From Balanoglossus misakiensis (taxonomy: Eukaryota; Animalia; Hemichordata), in the NCBI GenBank assembly GCA_040954595.2, contig CM082594.2:5131319-5195318 (forward strand): 64,000 nt of DNA. The letters run 5' to 3'. Under the pieces are notes generated by a model. The model did no database searches and was not told the origin of the DNA. It saw nothing but the letters and a program-made list of their open reading frames with translations. How positions within the stretch are numbered: position 1 is the first letter of the stretch; each line of letters starts with the position of its first letter. Made by a program: the position numbers and the translations under genes. Shown one piece after another: positions 15,001-27,805 of the stretch.

Positions 15001-16387
15001 TTAATAGGAAACTACAGATAAACTTGAGTATGCGTTAATATACCGTTTTTTTTTTCTTTTGGTCATACGAAGTAGTTTTTGTCCATTATTATATTGTTTT
15101 TTTTCTCCCCTTTTTGCTCCTTCTTTTACAAAGTGGATTGTGCCAAAGCAGCGGGGGTTTCAACACGTATACATCGGGCATCGTGGCAACAGCGATTAAC
15201 CGTGGACTTATAACCGACAATCTGAATGACTTACGGCGTCTGTACAAGGTAAGGCTGGCTAAATAATATGTGAATACATTTGCAATACAAAAAAAAAAGT
15301 TTATCGAAAGAAACGAAAATATCCAATGTATAAAGTTAGCGATTTGTGTTCCTTTAATCAGTTTAATATTGCGTGAACAATAACCATTGAAATTGGGCGT
15401 ACATGTACATGTACATGTCTCCTGATACACAAATTAGGCCTTTGAGGGTTTGGAATTGCCAGTGAACGATCTCGCTTATCATCATGCCAAAATGTACTTG
15501 ACATTACTCTTTCAGAAACGCATGGACAGACTCATTGAAACCTTGGAACAGGAGATACCTCCTCAAGTGACGTTCACAAAGCCGAAGGTTAGTGGTCAAA
15601 GAACCGTGGCACTAAAGAAACTGTTTAGATTCGGTCGCTGGGGGGCTCTCACGAACGAAACCGTGACCAAGTTCGAAAGGGGCCGTGTAAAATTCCAGGA
15701 GTCTACCGTACCAAAGTGATACCTCCCCCGCTGGTCGCGAGACCAGTGGTTTAGGAACCATCAGACGGGAAATCATGCTTGGATCTGCCTGTGAAACGAG
15801 CAGGCGTTCATTATTATAGATGTAAATCCCTTATTTTTGTATAATCAGCATATTGGGCCCCAGTAACTTTTCACACTCGCAAATTTTGTACCTCTCTGCC
15901 TCGTTTCTAGGGTGGCTACCACTTGTGGATTGAGTTGCCGAAGCAATACTCTTCGTCGGAGCTGCTAGAAATATGCCAAGAGAAATACAAAGTGGCGTTC
16001 GCGCTGGGACCGAAGTAAGTATACACAGACCGGTAACATCAATAACTAACAGAAAGTACACTGTGGAAAAGTGTCATTGTTGGAAATTTTTAAATTCAGG
16101 ATTTCATGTTTTCCCTCCTGTCACATACAATTTTGTACGAGGACATTAGTGACAACCGGGTCCAGTAAATTCAGAACATGGGCCTATTGGCATACGTGAA
16201 ATATAGTTGGCTATAACCTTTAACCTCCCTTCATTTCTGTTGTCTTGGCAGCTTTTCGCCAGACGGGCAATTCCAAAACTGTCTTCGCCTCTCCATTGCC
16301 TACGTAAACGAAGAAGACATCGTGAAAGGAGCGCAGAGACTATGCAGCGCCATCAAGCGTTTCCTCGTCCCTACCTACGAAGAGTAG
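12060..16387 (+). CDS. Class I/II PLP-dependent aminotransferase (YER152C / 2-aminoadipate transaminase-like), ~436 aa
   Basis: 9 exons: 12060-12227, 12611-12729, 13048-13202, 13516-13677, 14101-14380, 15134-15248, 15516-15587, 15911-16014, 16252-16387 (1311 nt, in frame). Motifs: MQYG, ATSGASHG, YVIPCFQNPTG, ISDDVY, SFSKIFAPGLRLGW (PLP lysine), PKGGYHLWIELP, CLRLS. An acceptor at 11977 suggests an upstream non-coding exon. Confidence 0.92.
14389..14937. repeat. Diverged tandem duplication (two ~260-290 bp units, each with a (TGGTG)n tract) in aminotransferase intron 5
   Basis: Both units begin TTTCAAT(G/A)GACCATTTT (14389, 14646) and share TGAGTCTTGTAGTGGGTG, GTGTCGCACCGACTCG, GAGTCTAAGTC and ATGGTCGTTGGTGGCA. 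Confidence 0.8.
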
Positions 16388-17549
16388 TTTAGGTTTCTGG
16401 AGGGAAATACTACTGCAGAATCAGTTCCTATGGAATTATTCAAAATTAATGCAAAGTTTACCTTTTTTATCGTGTATTATTACGTTATTTCTGAAATATT
16501 GTCATTCGATATGCGGATGTTGTGTACAGAATGCTCAGCTGGCATGATATTTTTTTTTGTTATAAGGAAAATACCGACCATGATAGGAACATGAACCATA
16601 TGGGATATTTTAAAAAGTGGGGGTTCTACTTTGATTGGTAAATTGAAAACGCAATAAAATATTTAAAAAAAAATGGCAAAGATTGCGTAAATACTAAATA
16701 ATTTGAATTTGTTTTGTAGAACAGGGTAATATTTTAAAAATCTGAATGGTACAATTCCGTAAACATTAAAAACTTTAATACCATAAAAATGTAATTTATA
16801 TGTTTTTTTTGTCATGTTTTTGCGAGGAAGTTGTGATCTTACGGCAACTGATTTGTATTGGGTAGATTTTAAACCAATAAATGTAACCTTCATAATTATC
16901 AAAAGACGATAATATATTGTCCAATAAAAATACAACTATATTGTACCCTGGTTCATGCCAGAAACTACATGAACTGCGCCATTGTCACAGAAACGAACGG
17001 TAAAGAAAAACCGCTACAAAAATTTACGCTTGCGCATTCAATTCAAATCTTACAACATCTGTCAGAATGGGACATGTGAAACAGAAAAATAAAACCAGTC
17101 ATTGCAGTGTTATTATTCCTTGAGTATTGATGTTTATGCTTTGGAGGAATCTAAGCGACGAGGAAACGGAGTTCTGGCAGGTAGTTCAGAATGCTGATAA
17201 GGTCATACATGTATATCTACACTGTTATTACACACATGCCTTAACATGTAGTCATTCAGAGAAACAAGAACAAACCAGCACAGTTTCAATCACTTCTAGT
17301 TTACAATGTCAATATTTTGTAGAGGGGCGTGTCTAAGTCTTCTGATAACCATGTCCATGCGACCTACGTGAAAATCTGTAATTTGCCAGATCTGAACTTT
17401 CCACGGTAGCTATGGTATTTGCATAAGTGACCGCATTTGAAGTGTGGGTAGGGCATTTGACTGGCAGAATAAATCAAGCTTTAAGGCATGTGACTCGTTC
17501 TGCCTGGCCTGGACTATTTAGCCACTGTTTTTTTTCCGGCGGGCACAAC

Positions 17550-20500
17550 ATGTCGTCTTATCGTCGCTTAAGTGTCGCCGCTACGGTCTTGTTAATCAGT
17601 TTCGTGGTCGACACTGAGGCATTCTATGCCTTTCTGAGTAAGGCGAGAGACCCAGGAGGTGACTTTACACACAGAACCTTGTCCCACGAAGCCCTGCTGA
17701 AAGTAGTGGCCAGGTATCTTGAAGACAACCCTCGACCAGGAAGTTCCGTACAGCCTGGCGATTTAGTTGGACTCGATCCGTTGACGACGTCACGTCTGTT
17801 AACAGCTTACTATGGGGGTATGCTTTGCTTTCTTTTTTTCGACAAATCCACAATGCATAAGTTATATTGACTAAAATCTTTTAGACATATTATAAAGTGC
17901 GAAGGACTTCGCTACAGTGAAGTGAAAGTCCCATAACCATATTAGAAAGACAACACTGTGTGGCCATTGATGATGCCTTATACAAAAGGAAAGCGAAATA
18001 TTAAACTCGGGAATGATATTAGGATCCTGCCAAACGTTGAACTCGATAAAAAAAATAACTTCGTGAACAAATTAAGATTTGCATGCCGATAGCATTCCTT
18101 GTGTTAGTTGTGAACGTCAGCTTTTGAAAATGTCGTAAAGGGCGGAAAACTGGTCGATCATTTTCCGAACTCCACGAGATCCTGTAAGATCTCGCGTGGC
18201 TAGGCAGTTTATATGGGTCTGGGCAGTTTACTACACGCTCGATTGAGCAGTACCCTGGGCAAAGCTTGGGCGTCTCCCAAGCTTGTGTGAAGGGTGGTGA
18301 TAAAGGTTTAGCTAACCTTCAATTGTTTATACGCCTATCCTATCGACAGCCGCTTTTGGCTTATGCGCGCGATGTCCAGTGCTGCATGCATGTCCTCGGT
18401 CAGTATAAAGTTTGACATGCACAGAAGAAACAACACATAGCCCATCGTGTTATTAAAAAGCACAGAAATTACATTTTTTGCAAAACTCTGCATCTATTCT
18501 CGTTTCATACAAAGCTTGGCTTGTATTACATAGAAACGAATGCAGAGACGTGGATCTTAGCCCGATAGTAGCGTAATCAGTAACAAAAGCACGCTATCTG
18601 TGCAAGTGGGACACGTTCGCCCCAGATGTTAATCATATTACATGCATAAATCATTACTGCTCCCAACGCACGCTACGACAGAATTAATCATAACACCAGG
18701 CTTGCTATTGTAAACGTCAAATTATTTGCGAGTAAACAAAACACAAATCAAATGCCTTTGTAGTGCAGCTTCGATTGCACAGCAACACCTGTCAGCTAAT
18801 TGCCTATTTAACATTTCACCGATTTAATAAATGCCAATGTTCAAAGAGAGGGAAAAGACAGCATATACGTTGGTGAAAATTGACAAAAGGTTAGGCAAGT
18901 AACTTGCTTCTGGGTACTGTCATTCTTCGGTGTATGCCAAGGTCTGATTTTGGTTTTAAAAAACCCTAAGAACTGTAAAGTTGATGATCACAACACAACA
19001 CAACACAACACAACGCATCAAATAACATCGCATCGCGCCACATCGCATCATTAACATAAATGCATATGTATGCACTAATTATCCGTATGCTCATTTTCTT
19101 TGAAGATGGACAAGTTTCCGCTGTTCCCCTGGAAGAAGCTATACTAGAAATGATTGAAGGCAACATGAACGTCGATTTCTATGAATTCTCATCTCCGGAG
19201 CCGCATATGAATGCAGAAAAATTTAAAAAAGGTACGAAGTCAAAACAACAACCTGTTTCAGTTTTAATGTTATTTAACATTAGTACACATTTTGGAATAT
19301 TTCGCTCATTGCGACAACAGCAATGGCGGTATTTTCGAGTCTCAAACAACATATGCCTATCTGTAGCAAACGATATCAATTCAATATGATTTGACAATTT
19401 ACTAATTCTCCTCAACTGGGTAAACCTCTGAACAATCACAGCCAACCGCCGACTCCAAGACACCCGTGACGTCATCATCCAGCTCTTGCAGGAGTCACAG
19501 CCTGACTACTCTTCAGCCCGTTCTCTGATTGGAGAATATTTGCATATAGTTCAAGATTTCTATAGCAACGCAAACTGGGTGGAAATGAAAGGACCAGTAG
19601 CTTATGAAGACTTGGGTAATTAAGACTTCGAAATATTTTAGTAACCAACGGAATACTAAGTTTATGCAAATGGGTAGTTCGTCAGTGGTCAAAATGAACA
19701 GAAAAGTGAGATATCAGTATTTCCATTTTAAAAAGCTTAATCTAAAGATTAATACATTTTCTTCATGATTATCACGAACTTAGGAGGCTTTCCTGTTGCC
19801 GAAGCGAAAATAAATTTCTTTCAATTTCTTCTCATAACATTTGAGATAAATGTGATAACGATAAATAAAAATAGTCTGACATTTCAACAAACACAACGAT
19901 TTCTACCTATTATGGAGGTGTCAACGAGATTAATATCGATTTTGTGACAATTGTGTTATATGGGTAGGCTTATCGGGAGTCAGCATTCTTCCAGTTGCCA
20001 AGAGCAGTGAATACACGTGTAAGGGTTGTGACGACAGGTAAGATCACACTCTATACGTCAGGAATTGTTTTAGGGCTGTTCTGGTCCAGCTTTGACGGGA
20101 TGGAATAGGTATTGAATGGATAATCGCATACGCACGTGCAGAAAAAAAATATCAAGTGCGCAATGCAAATATATAAGTCATACTACGACAACGAAGATAA
20201 CTTGTGTTGGGGCAAGGATCAACAGCAATCAGTTATTTGACACTAATCCCACTTTTAACTCTAGGCTCTATAAATCCCATTTCTCACATTTCAGAATCGT
20301 TACGGCAGAACAGACCCCAATTTCCTTCTCAATTTGAAACGAAACTAATCCAAAATCACCACAAGTCAAATATGAGAGAAAAGACTTTAGACATTGATTC
20401 TCGAGAAGCATACTACGTTTCTATGTTACATACTACGTTACCAAAGAATTTTCACCCACAAACACCCCAACACACATACATCATGTTCATTTTATGACAG

Positions 20501-21783
20501 TAAACCTGGTGACTGCGATAATAATCTGATTGTCGGAGGAGATACGCTTACAAGTGGATATAGATCAGGGCAGGGGACCAAGAAACGAACAGGTATGTTT
20601 ACTCTCTACACACTACAGAGCAAAAGAAAACAAGAAGGCAATTCTATAACATTTTCTTGGTTAAGGTACACAGTCACCTCCAATTTACATACGCACATAT
20701 ATGGCTGAATTGGCGCATTTGAGGGTTCTAAAGAACATATGGTGGCGCCACCCACTGGAAATCCGTGATTGGCTAGATCTGTAGCTAAATTTTCTTAGGT
20801 GACCGTGGGTATTGGCTGTGTAGCAGTCCACTGTGTTTTTTTCAATCCGCATCGAAATCATGTATCGATACGAGCATGTTAATATTTGTAGCGCACACTT
20901 ATGTTTACGTGTACATCGACAGGTAAGAGTGGCGAGGGAAAGTGCTCACACGGTGGTTCTTACGACAGTACGAGGAAAGACGCGGCAACAGGCGGGATCA
21001 ACAAGGAATCACGTGACCCGACCCTGTCTCCTCATTATTCAATGCATCAGGATGCGGCCACGTCTGCCATGCTAGCCACTGAAAACTTTTTTTTAGCGTC
21101 TGGTAAGAATAAGTTCACAAAAGTCATTTCTTGCCGTGTACCAAAGCAAGGAGTATTACTTTTAACGTTACAGCAGCTTTTGACATTGCAATCTAACCAC
21201 ATCGGGCAAATAAAAGTTATTAGAGGTCACAACGGGTCAGAGGTGACGTCACCGCCTATATTAGGTACGAATGGTCAGAATAGGCCAGACCAAATAAAGC
21301 AAAATTATCTATAATAACTTTCTTAGTTGATGAGAATTCTTTCGACCAAAATATACACGGTGCAGCCAGATATATTTGAAATTCAAAGAGGATAGATATT
21401 ATATTATATACTCCTAGAAGGAAATGACCTGTGTAACATGATAACACAAATGATCGGGTAACTCTTGCTATCAGCTTATTATAAATCCATTTTTACCAAA
21501 GGGGCGGCATGCGAGTACGAGTGCGGAAGATGGGATTGCTTGATTCGGAAAGATTTCATTCTAAATCGAGAAGGTGGGATCAAAACCGACGGGTACGTAC
21601 CGAAAAACAGCACTGGTTACCCCCTTGGTCAAAGTGGCGTCACTATTGGCAGCGGAGTTGATCTTGGAAGCAAGACAAGGCAATATTTCATTGATCTCGG
21701 TGTTCCCTCAGGAGTCATTGCAAAGTTAGAGCCTTACTTTGGTCTGAAGGTAAGACTTCGACTTGCAACCCACGTCTACCACC

Positions 21784-21824
<41 letters not shown>

Positions 21825-24800
21825 ACGTACGTACGTACGTACGTACGTACGTACGTACGTACGTATGTATGTACGTATGTATGTATGTATGTATGTATGT
21901 ATGTATGTATGTATGTATGTATGTATGTATGTATGTATGTATGTATGTATGTATGTATGTATGTATGTATGTATGTATGTATGTATGTATGTATGTATGT
22001 ATGTATGTATGTATGTATGTATGTATGTATGTATGTATGTATGTATGTATGTATGTATGTATGTTATAAATATAATCATTGGAAAGGGTGGTTATCCATG
22101 GTTATTCCCATTACAACATATTCTAGGTATAGTCTTTGTATTTCCTTGTCTCAACGCAGAAACACGCGGCGGTAGACAAGCTCCTAGAAACACCATTGAC
22201 TCTGACATATTCTGAAGCCGAAGACCTCAGTTACCGGGTAATGGACAAGGAAATCACAGACATTGCTGAATTATACGACTCTGCAGTAGACACTATAGGT
22301 AGAAAATATGGCAATCAAATTTCTGTTGGTACATTTTTCAATATAAAATGATATATTTACAGGGTTCTAAATGTCAGAGAAGATAACGTTATCTGAATCG
22401 TTGATGAAAAGTGTCCATGGATGTTAGAGTCACTCGTTTTTTCAATGATGTCAGTTTCATTTTTACCCATGAACAGTAGTACACACATGAGGGATTGTAC
22501 TGAAGAAAATATTAATGCCTGTTGGCGAGTTTTTGAGTTGGGTTGACGCATGCTCTATTGGGCATGTGTTTGTTTACACCGTATTGACAGGTGACGATAA
22601 TTTGGAGAAATTCGGGGGCCTCACGGTCGCACAGAGGACTGTCATTGCGTCCGTGTACTTCCAATATGGCGGACCACCGACAACCAAGTTTCCAACGTTT
22701 TGGGGCCATGTGACAAACCAGCGATGGGAAGCAGCTATTTCTGAGCTCAGAGATTTTAAAGATAGCTACCCGACCCGCAGGAATAAAGAAGCGGACCTAC
22801 TTCAGCAAGACTCTAAAGATAAAACCTTTTGCCCAGGTATGACTGAACGTGGTTAGACGTCATCGAAAACATTCTTTTGATTGACAACGTCGCAACCATG
22901 ACGCCAGTGCAGAACAGGGAAATTTCTGGAAGATTTCTTAGTTAGCAGCACGCATCTGCATTTAGGTAGTATCGTGGGGAAGTATGCGCCTTGGGGACAT
23001 ATATTCAGATAAAAATGATATTTATCAAAACTTTCAAATTCAGAATAATCTAAATATGCAGTATTAGCAAACTATGAAGCTTTGAAACCAAAAAGTCATT
23101 CTGTTACACACCATTTAATACCACAAAAGAAAAAAGCCTTTAGGGATTAAAAAAACAAACTAGAGTCTACCTGGACTTTAAGAATATGAATAATTCTCAT
23201 TAATTGAATAGTGATTAAACAAAGGTTCGCTAATGTGAAAATAACCATAGACGTAAATTATAAGCACTCCATTTGTTTTTGTTTTTCTCGTTACGTAAAC
23301 AGACCCCAATCATAAAGAATATGGCCTCAAATTTCACATCAGCGATGGAGCCTTTCTGGGACTGTTCAACCTTGGACAAAACAGTTCCAAGTCCCTCAGC
23401 ATCGCCATGGACGTCACCGGAAGTATGTCTGACGATATACAGGCGGCCAAAGAGGAATGCCATCGATTGATCGATGAGCTCGCTGGCACAGTGAATGAAC
23501 CGGCCAATTACGTACTGGTACCTTTTAGTGACCCGGGTAAGTCCGACCGTCATGTTTAATTTTCAGCTTTGACAAGGTGATGGGGTGGTGGACGTGGTGG
23601 TGGTGATAATCTCATGGCAATTTTGTAATTCGTATCGCGAATGGAGACCATTTAGCATTCTGTTCACACCACCCCCTTTTATTTCACGATTGAGAAGCAC
23701 GCCTTAAATGTTGATGTCAACTTATTTTGGTTTATGTATGTACGAAACAGTTTCAATTGCTGGCAAAATATTGTACATGTAGTTCTCCAATATACAACAT
23801 TTCGATGTCTTATCTGGATTCAAGGGATGTTGCTAACACAAAATCATATGATCCTCATGACAGACTATGGTCCAGTGTTTGTTACCACAGATCCGGATGC
23901 TTTCAAAGTCGCCCTCAGTGCTTTACATGCCAGTGGTGGCGGAGATTGTCCAGAACTGTCGATGACTGGGACCGAGTTAGCGGTAGAACACAGGTATGTG
24001 CTCCTAAAAATGAATGAATGAATGAATGAATGATGCATGTATGCATGCATGCATGGATGTATGCACGCGTGCGTGCGCGCGCGCTTGTGTGTGTGTATGT
24101 ATGTATGTATGTATGTATGTATGTATGTATGTATGTATGTATGTATGTATGTATGTATGTATGTATGTATGTATGTATGTATGTATGTATGTATGTATGT
24201 ATGTATGTATGTATGTATGTATGTATGTATGTATGTATGTATGTATGTATGTATGTATGTATGTATGTATGTATGTATGTATGTATGTATGTATGTATGT
24301 ATGTATGTATGTATGTATGTATGTTTTTGTTTGTATGTCTGTCGACTGCAAAAACCTATTTTCTAGTTTATCTCAATTATTTTACAGTCTGCCTGGTTCA
24401 GATCTGTTCGTGTTTACCGATGCAAGTGCCAAAGACACCGACAAAACGGAATACGTTCATGATTTCGCCCTGGAACGAAATGTGCAGGTTTCTTATCTGC
24501 TGACCGGGACTTGCGGGTATGCTCGCCGATCAGTTGGGTCAATGGCTCGTGGTCAGTCTCAAGGTAGGGTGTTATTGCTCCACGGAATTCAGCACAAAGC
24601 GTGCGTGCATGGTTTCATAATAAAGAAAAAAATGTATTCCTTCTGGGGAAATTCAAATAAGTACAAAGCGACTCTGTTCACCTGAAGATGCAATCGCGAA
24701 TTCCAAGCAAAGTTTGAAAAAAAAATTAAAGTATTAAGTGTCGGTGGATGGGAACGGTGGATGGCAACTCCCAGAGAGAGTTCCATGCCTTGGCCGTAAC

Positions 24801-27800
24801 CCTTGTGATCTGCTTCATGCTCTCCCATTCAGCAAATCACGTGCCCAGCCCGAGAGAGCACTCTCGAAGGAAGCGCAGTTTAGACGCTTATCGGTCAATT
24901 TCCGAGGCGACCGGTGGAGTTGTGCTTGAAGTGACCAAAGAGGAGTTGAAAGGAGCGACGGAGATCATCAGCCGCAGCTTTGAAGGAGCCGAAGTCTCCA
25001 TTCTCATCGTCGATTTGACCGGGAATGGCACAGTGACATTTCCGGTGGATAACACAGTTTCTCAGATTGAGATTACTGTGGCGGCATCAGACACATTTCC
25101 CGATAGGATTGACTTTGCTGTCACAGACCAAAACGGTAATAATAACATTTTTATAGATCAGTAAGAGGAAATGCACAAACGTACGGGAGCTTGACCCGAA
25201 GGCCAGAACATCCTCTAAAAGAGTGGCTACGTGTGTGTTTATTTATATCACTTGAACGGTTTTTCGCATTATTTGACATTGCTTGACAATATTAATGTTG
25301 CTGTGATTCTGATACGATTTAAGTAAAATATGGAATTCATCTCCTACCGGATCGATAAAAAATGTCTGCACATTGTTGTGTAATCATTTATCAACACAGT
25401 AGAATTGCATAAAAATGCTACCCATGGGCCTTTAATACATAGTATTTTGGATTCCCGATCGCGAAATTCAATATAGATCATTCGTCAATTTTCATACTCT
25501 AGGTCTCCTTTGGAATGATACTAAAGAAATAGTTAATAAAAGAGGAGAACTTATCGTGGTCATAAACGCCACCGAACCAGGAGAATGGGGATTGACACTA
25601 AATGACAACGCACAGTGGCATATTGTCGTAAATGCAACAAGTCCCATAGATTTCTTGTACACTTTCTATAGTGAAGACGATGCTGGTCAGATGATACCCC
25701 TTTACGGCTCACCAGCATTAGGTAAGTTGTTAAGTACTTGCGAACAAAACCTGACACAAACATGTTATAACGCAATAGAAGAAAAATTATTCCTGATTGG
25801 AACAATAGTTTGGGATGTTTGTATGCACGCGACTTAGGGACGTACGTACATATGTCCATCCATCCATTTACTCACTCAATCATTCATTTAATATTTCGAG
25901 AATTTCTGTTCTACAGATCAAGAGGTTTCGCTAATCATATCCATAACTGGACAGGAGCATGTTTCTTCTGTGTCACAACTGATCTTCACCACCAACAACG
26001 GTACTGACTTGAAAACCATCGATGTGACTTTGATCAGTGTAGGATCGTACCTCGCCCAAACGCAGATACCGCGTGAGGTATGGCGTAAAATAAATACTAT
26101 AGACCAAAAGTTAATAACGTATCTTTGATGCGACATCAAGCTGGATTCTTTAAATAATTACTCCGATATACTAGTACCTAAATTTTGCTAGAAAAATCCA
26201 GTTTGAGAAGAAATGGGTAAATTTGGATTACTGGGATAGCACGGGGGTTTCGTAGGTGTTTCCGGACGGTTAAATTGGAATTACTCGGTCACCTATGCAA
26301 ATTTAACTATTGTTACCAGGGAGAAGTTATGATCTAGACAATCACAGGTTATCAGCCAGAGGGGGGGGGGGGGGGGTGGCAAGCGAAAAAAATGCGCCAC
26401 CGAACGGTCATTCGATGACTTCGGTATACATGTACTAAATTAAGGATGATTGTATAATGTTTAATCACAATGTCTTTCCTCAAAGGACTTCGGTATTCAA
26501 CTGAATGGACTGGACAGCAAATCAGTAGAATTCCAACGAAGGAAGTCAGTCGATGTTAAAGTTCAATCTATGAGCGTGGTAATACAGAATGGCGTAAGAC
26601 GTAAGTTTAAGTTTGCCTTTCGATTACTATAATAGATAATTTTCCGTTCATCGCGAGATCTCGCGAGACTTGGTTAATAATCTTATCAAAGGGGTTAAGT
26701 CATTCAAGTCAGGATATGTATGAAACTTCATAATATAAAGTGCTGAGTTTAACTAAAATTGCAATTTTTGTGCCATTTAACACAATGGGCAATATGTCGT
26801 TTTTCCTGTGTCCCATATGAACATTTTTTTTTCATTTTTGATTGTTCTGGCAGATTCCCTTGACCCGGCTGGCATTCCCCTGCAGATTAATTTTACCATA
26901 CGTAACCATGGAGACGAAACAGACAACTACACAGTCATGGCACAGGACGACTTGTTCGTAGAAGAATACTTTCCCTACAATATAGAGATACCCGCAAAAT
27001 CTACCTTTGATGGCTACATCATAGCTGCTGCTGCAGACAATGAGACTGAAAGTGGCTTAATCAGGTAGGCGATGTCTGATTTTTTTTTGTGGTTAGTCAT
27101 GATAGTTTTAGCCTTGGCCCAGTTTTGTAGATGAATATAAAAGGCTATCGTTTTTTGCGATAATTTGTCCCTGATATGAAGTTTACATCTAAATGCCATG
27201 ATAACTATACGGTTTAAAACTTTGCATGTACTTTATCTCCAGTGCGGGATCGTTGAAAGTTACTAGTGATGGTAGTGGGACATCCAATGAGGTGCAATTC
27301 AAGTTGGTTGTCATGGACTACCTGGAATATTACCGAGAGATAGATGACGAAGTCGAAGACCCGACAGTAAGTGATTATGATGTTTCAGAGATATATTCTT
27401 GAGAGCAGGAGAGAAAACCATGTTTCAAACAGTGTTCTTGGGAGTCATGCTTACTGTAATATAGTAGTAGATGGGACTGCATACTGTGATACGTTTGGTC
27501 GAAATCTATCAATACATGCGTAAACAGTGGTCAGCTGATCAGCTTCATCTAAGACGAAGTGCAGAATCAAAGCAGAAGATTTCACAGCAAATTTACAACA
27601 GCTTAACTTTTCAAATATGTCTTTCAAGTTCAAAGGGTTTCACATGCGGCTGTTGTTTGTTTCGTCACCACAGGATACACCTGTCGCCGATGGGGGCGCA
27701 TTCCACTGGAGCACTATCGTAATGATAGCAGCTGTGTCAGTGATGGTGCCGGTGACTGGCGTCGCGGTTGCCTTATGTTGTGTGAGGAAGAAAAGGTACC

Positions 27801-27805
27801 ACTGA
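17550..27805 (+). CDS. VWA7: VWA7-like type I membrane protein (~1115 aa): signal peptide, Het-C/Zn-PLC-like N domain, inserted pesticin-like muramidase, VWA (MIDAS), beta-sandwich region, TM helix, short basic tail
   Basis: 19 GT-AG exons: 17550-17817, 19106-19231, 19442-19615, 19968-20037, 20501-20592, 20923-21102, 21502-21749, 22160-22298, 22591-22836, 23303-23536, 23864-23993, 24388-24563, 24833-25135, 25503-25721, 25917-26077, 26486-26600, 26854-27064, 27243-27366, 27674-27805 (3348 nt, open). VWA7 hallmarks: LHIVQDFYSNANWVE, LTSGY, GKCSHGGSYD, GGINKES...SPHY, MDVTGSM, YVLVPFSDP, GGGDCPELS, FVFTDASAKD, EATGG. The symbol means VWA7-like, not a proven orthologue. Confidence 0.88.
21502..22836 (+). 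CDS. Pesticin C-terminal-like (T4-lysozyme/GH24-fold) muramidase module, exons 7-9 of the VWA7-like gene (211 codons)
   Basis: DFILNREGG...GYVP...GQSGVTIGSGVDLG...KLEPYFGLK...PLTLT..EA...QRTVIASVYFQYG...PTFW...WEAAISELRDFKDSYPTRRNKEADLL. The Glu, Thr and Asp positions match the pesticin catalytic arrangement (T to D = 6 residues). Confidence 0.85.
21785..22063. repeat. Compound microsatellite (TGTC)n-(TACG)n-(TATG)n in the intron inside the muramidase module
   Basis: Directly visible tetranucleotide runs. Confidence 0.97.
24011..24324. repeat. Compound microsatellite (TGAA)n / (TGCA)n / (TATG)n in VWA7-like intron 11
   Basis: Directly visible; long (GTAT)n run ~24095-24324. Confidence 0.97.

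Noticed and set aside
18165-18210. ~45 bp segment also present inverted at ~45176-45226
   Set aside because: Looks like a fragment of an ordinary dispersed repeat; no functional link evident.
21465-22856. Muramidase as bacterial or phage contamination, or a separate nested gene
   Set aside because: Split by GT-AG introns, has no ATG start or signal peptide of its own, and is in phase with the flanking VWA7 exons at both ends.
21726-24503. Long ORFs made of MYVC/YIHT repeats
   Set aside because: Translations of intronic (TATG)n microsatellites, not proteins.
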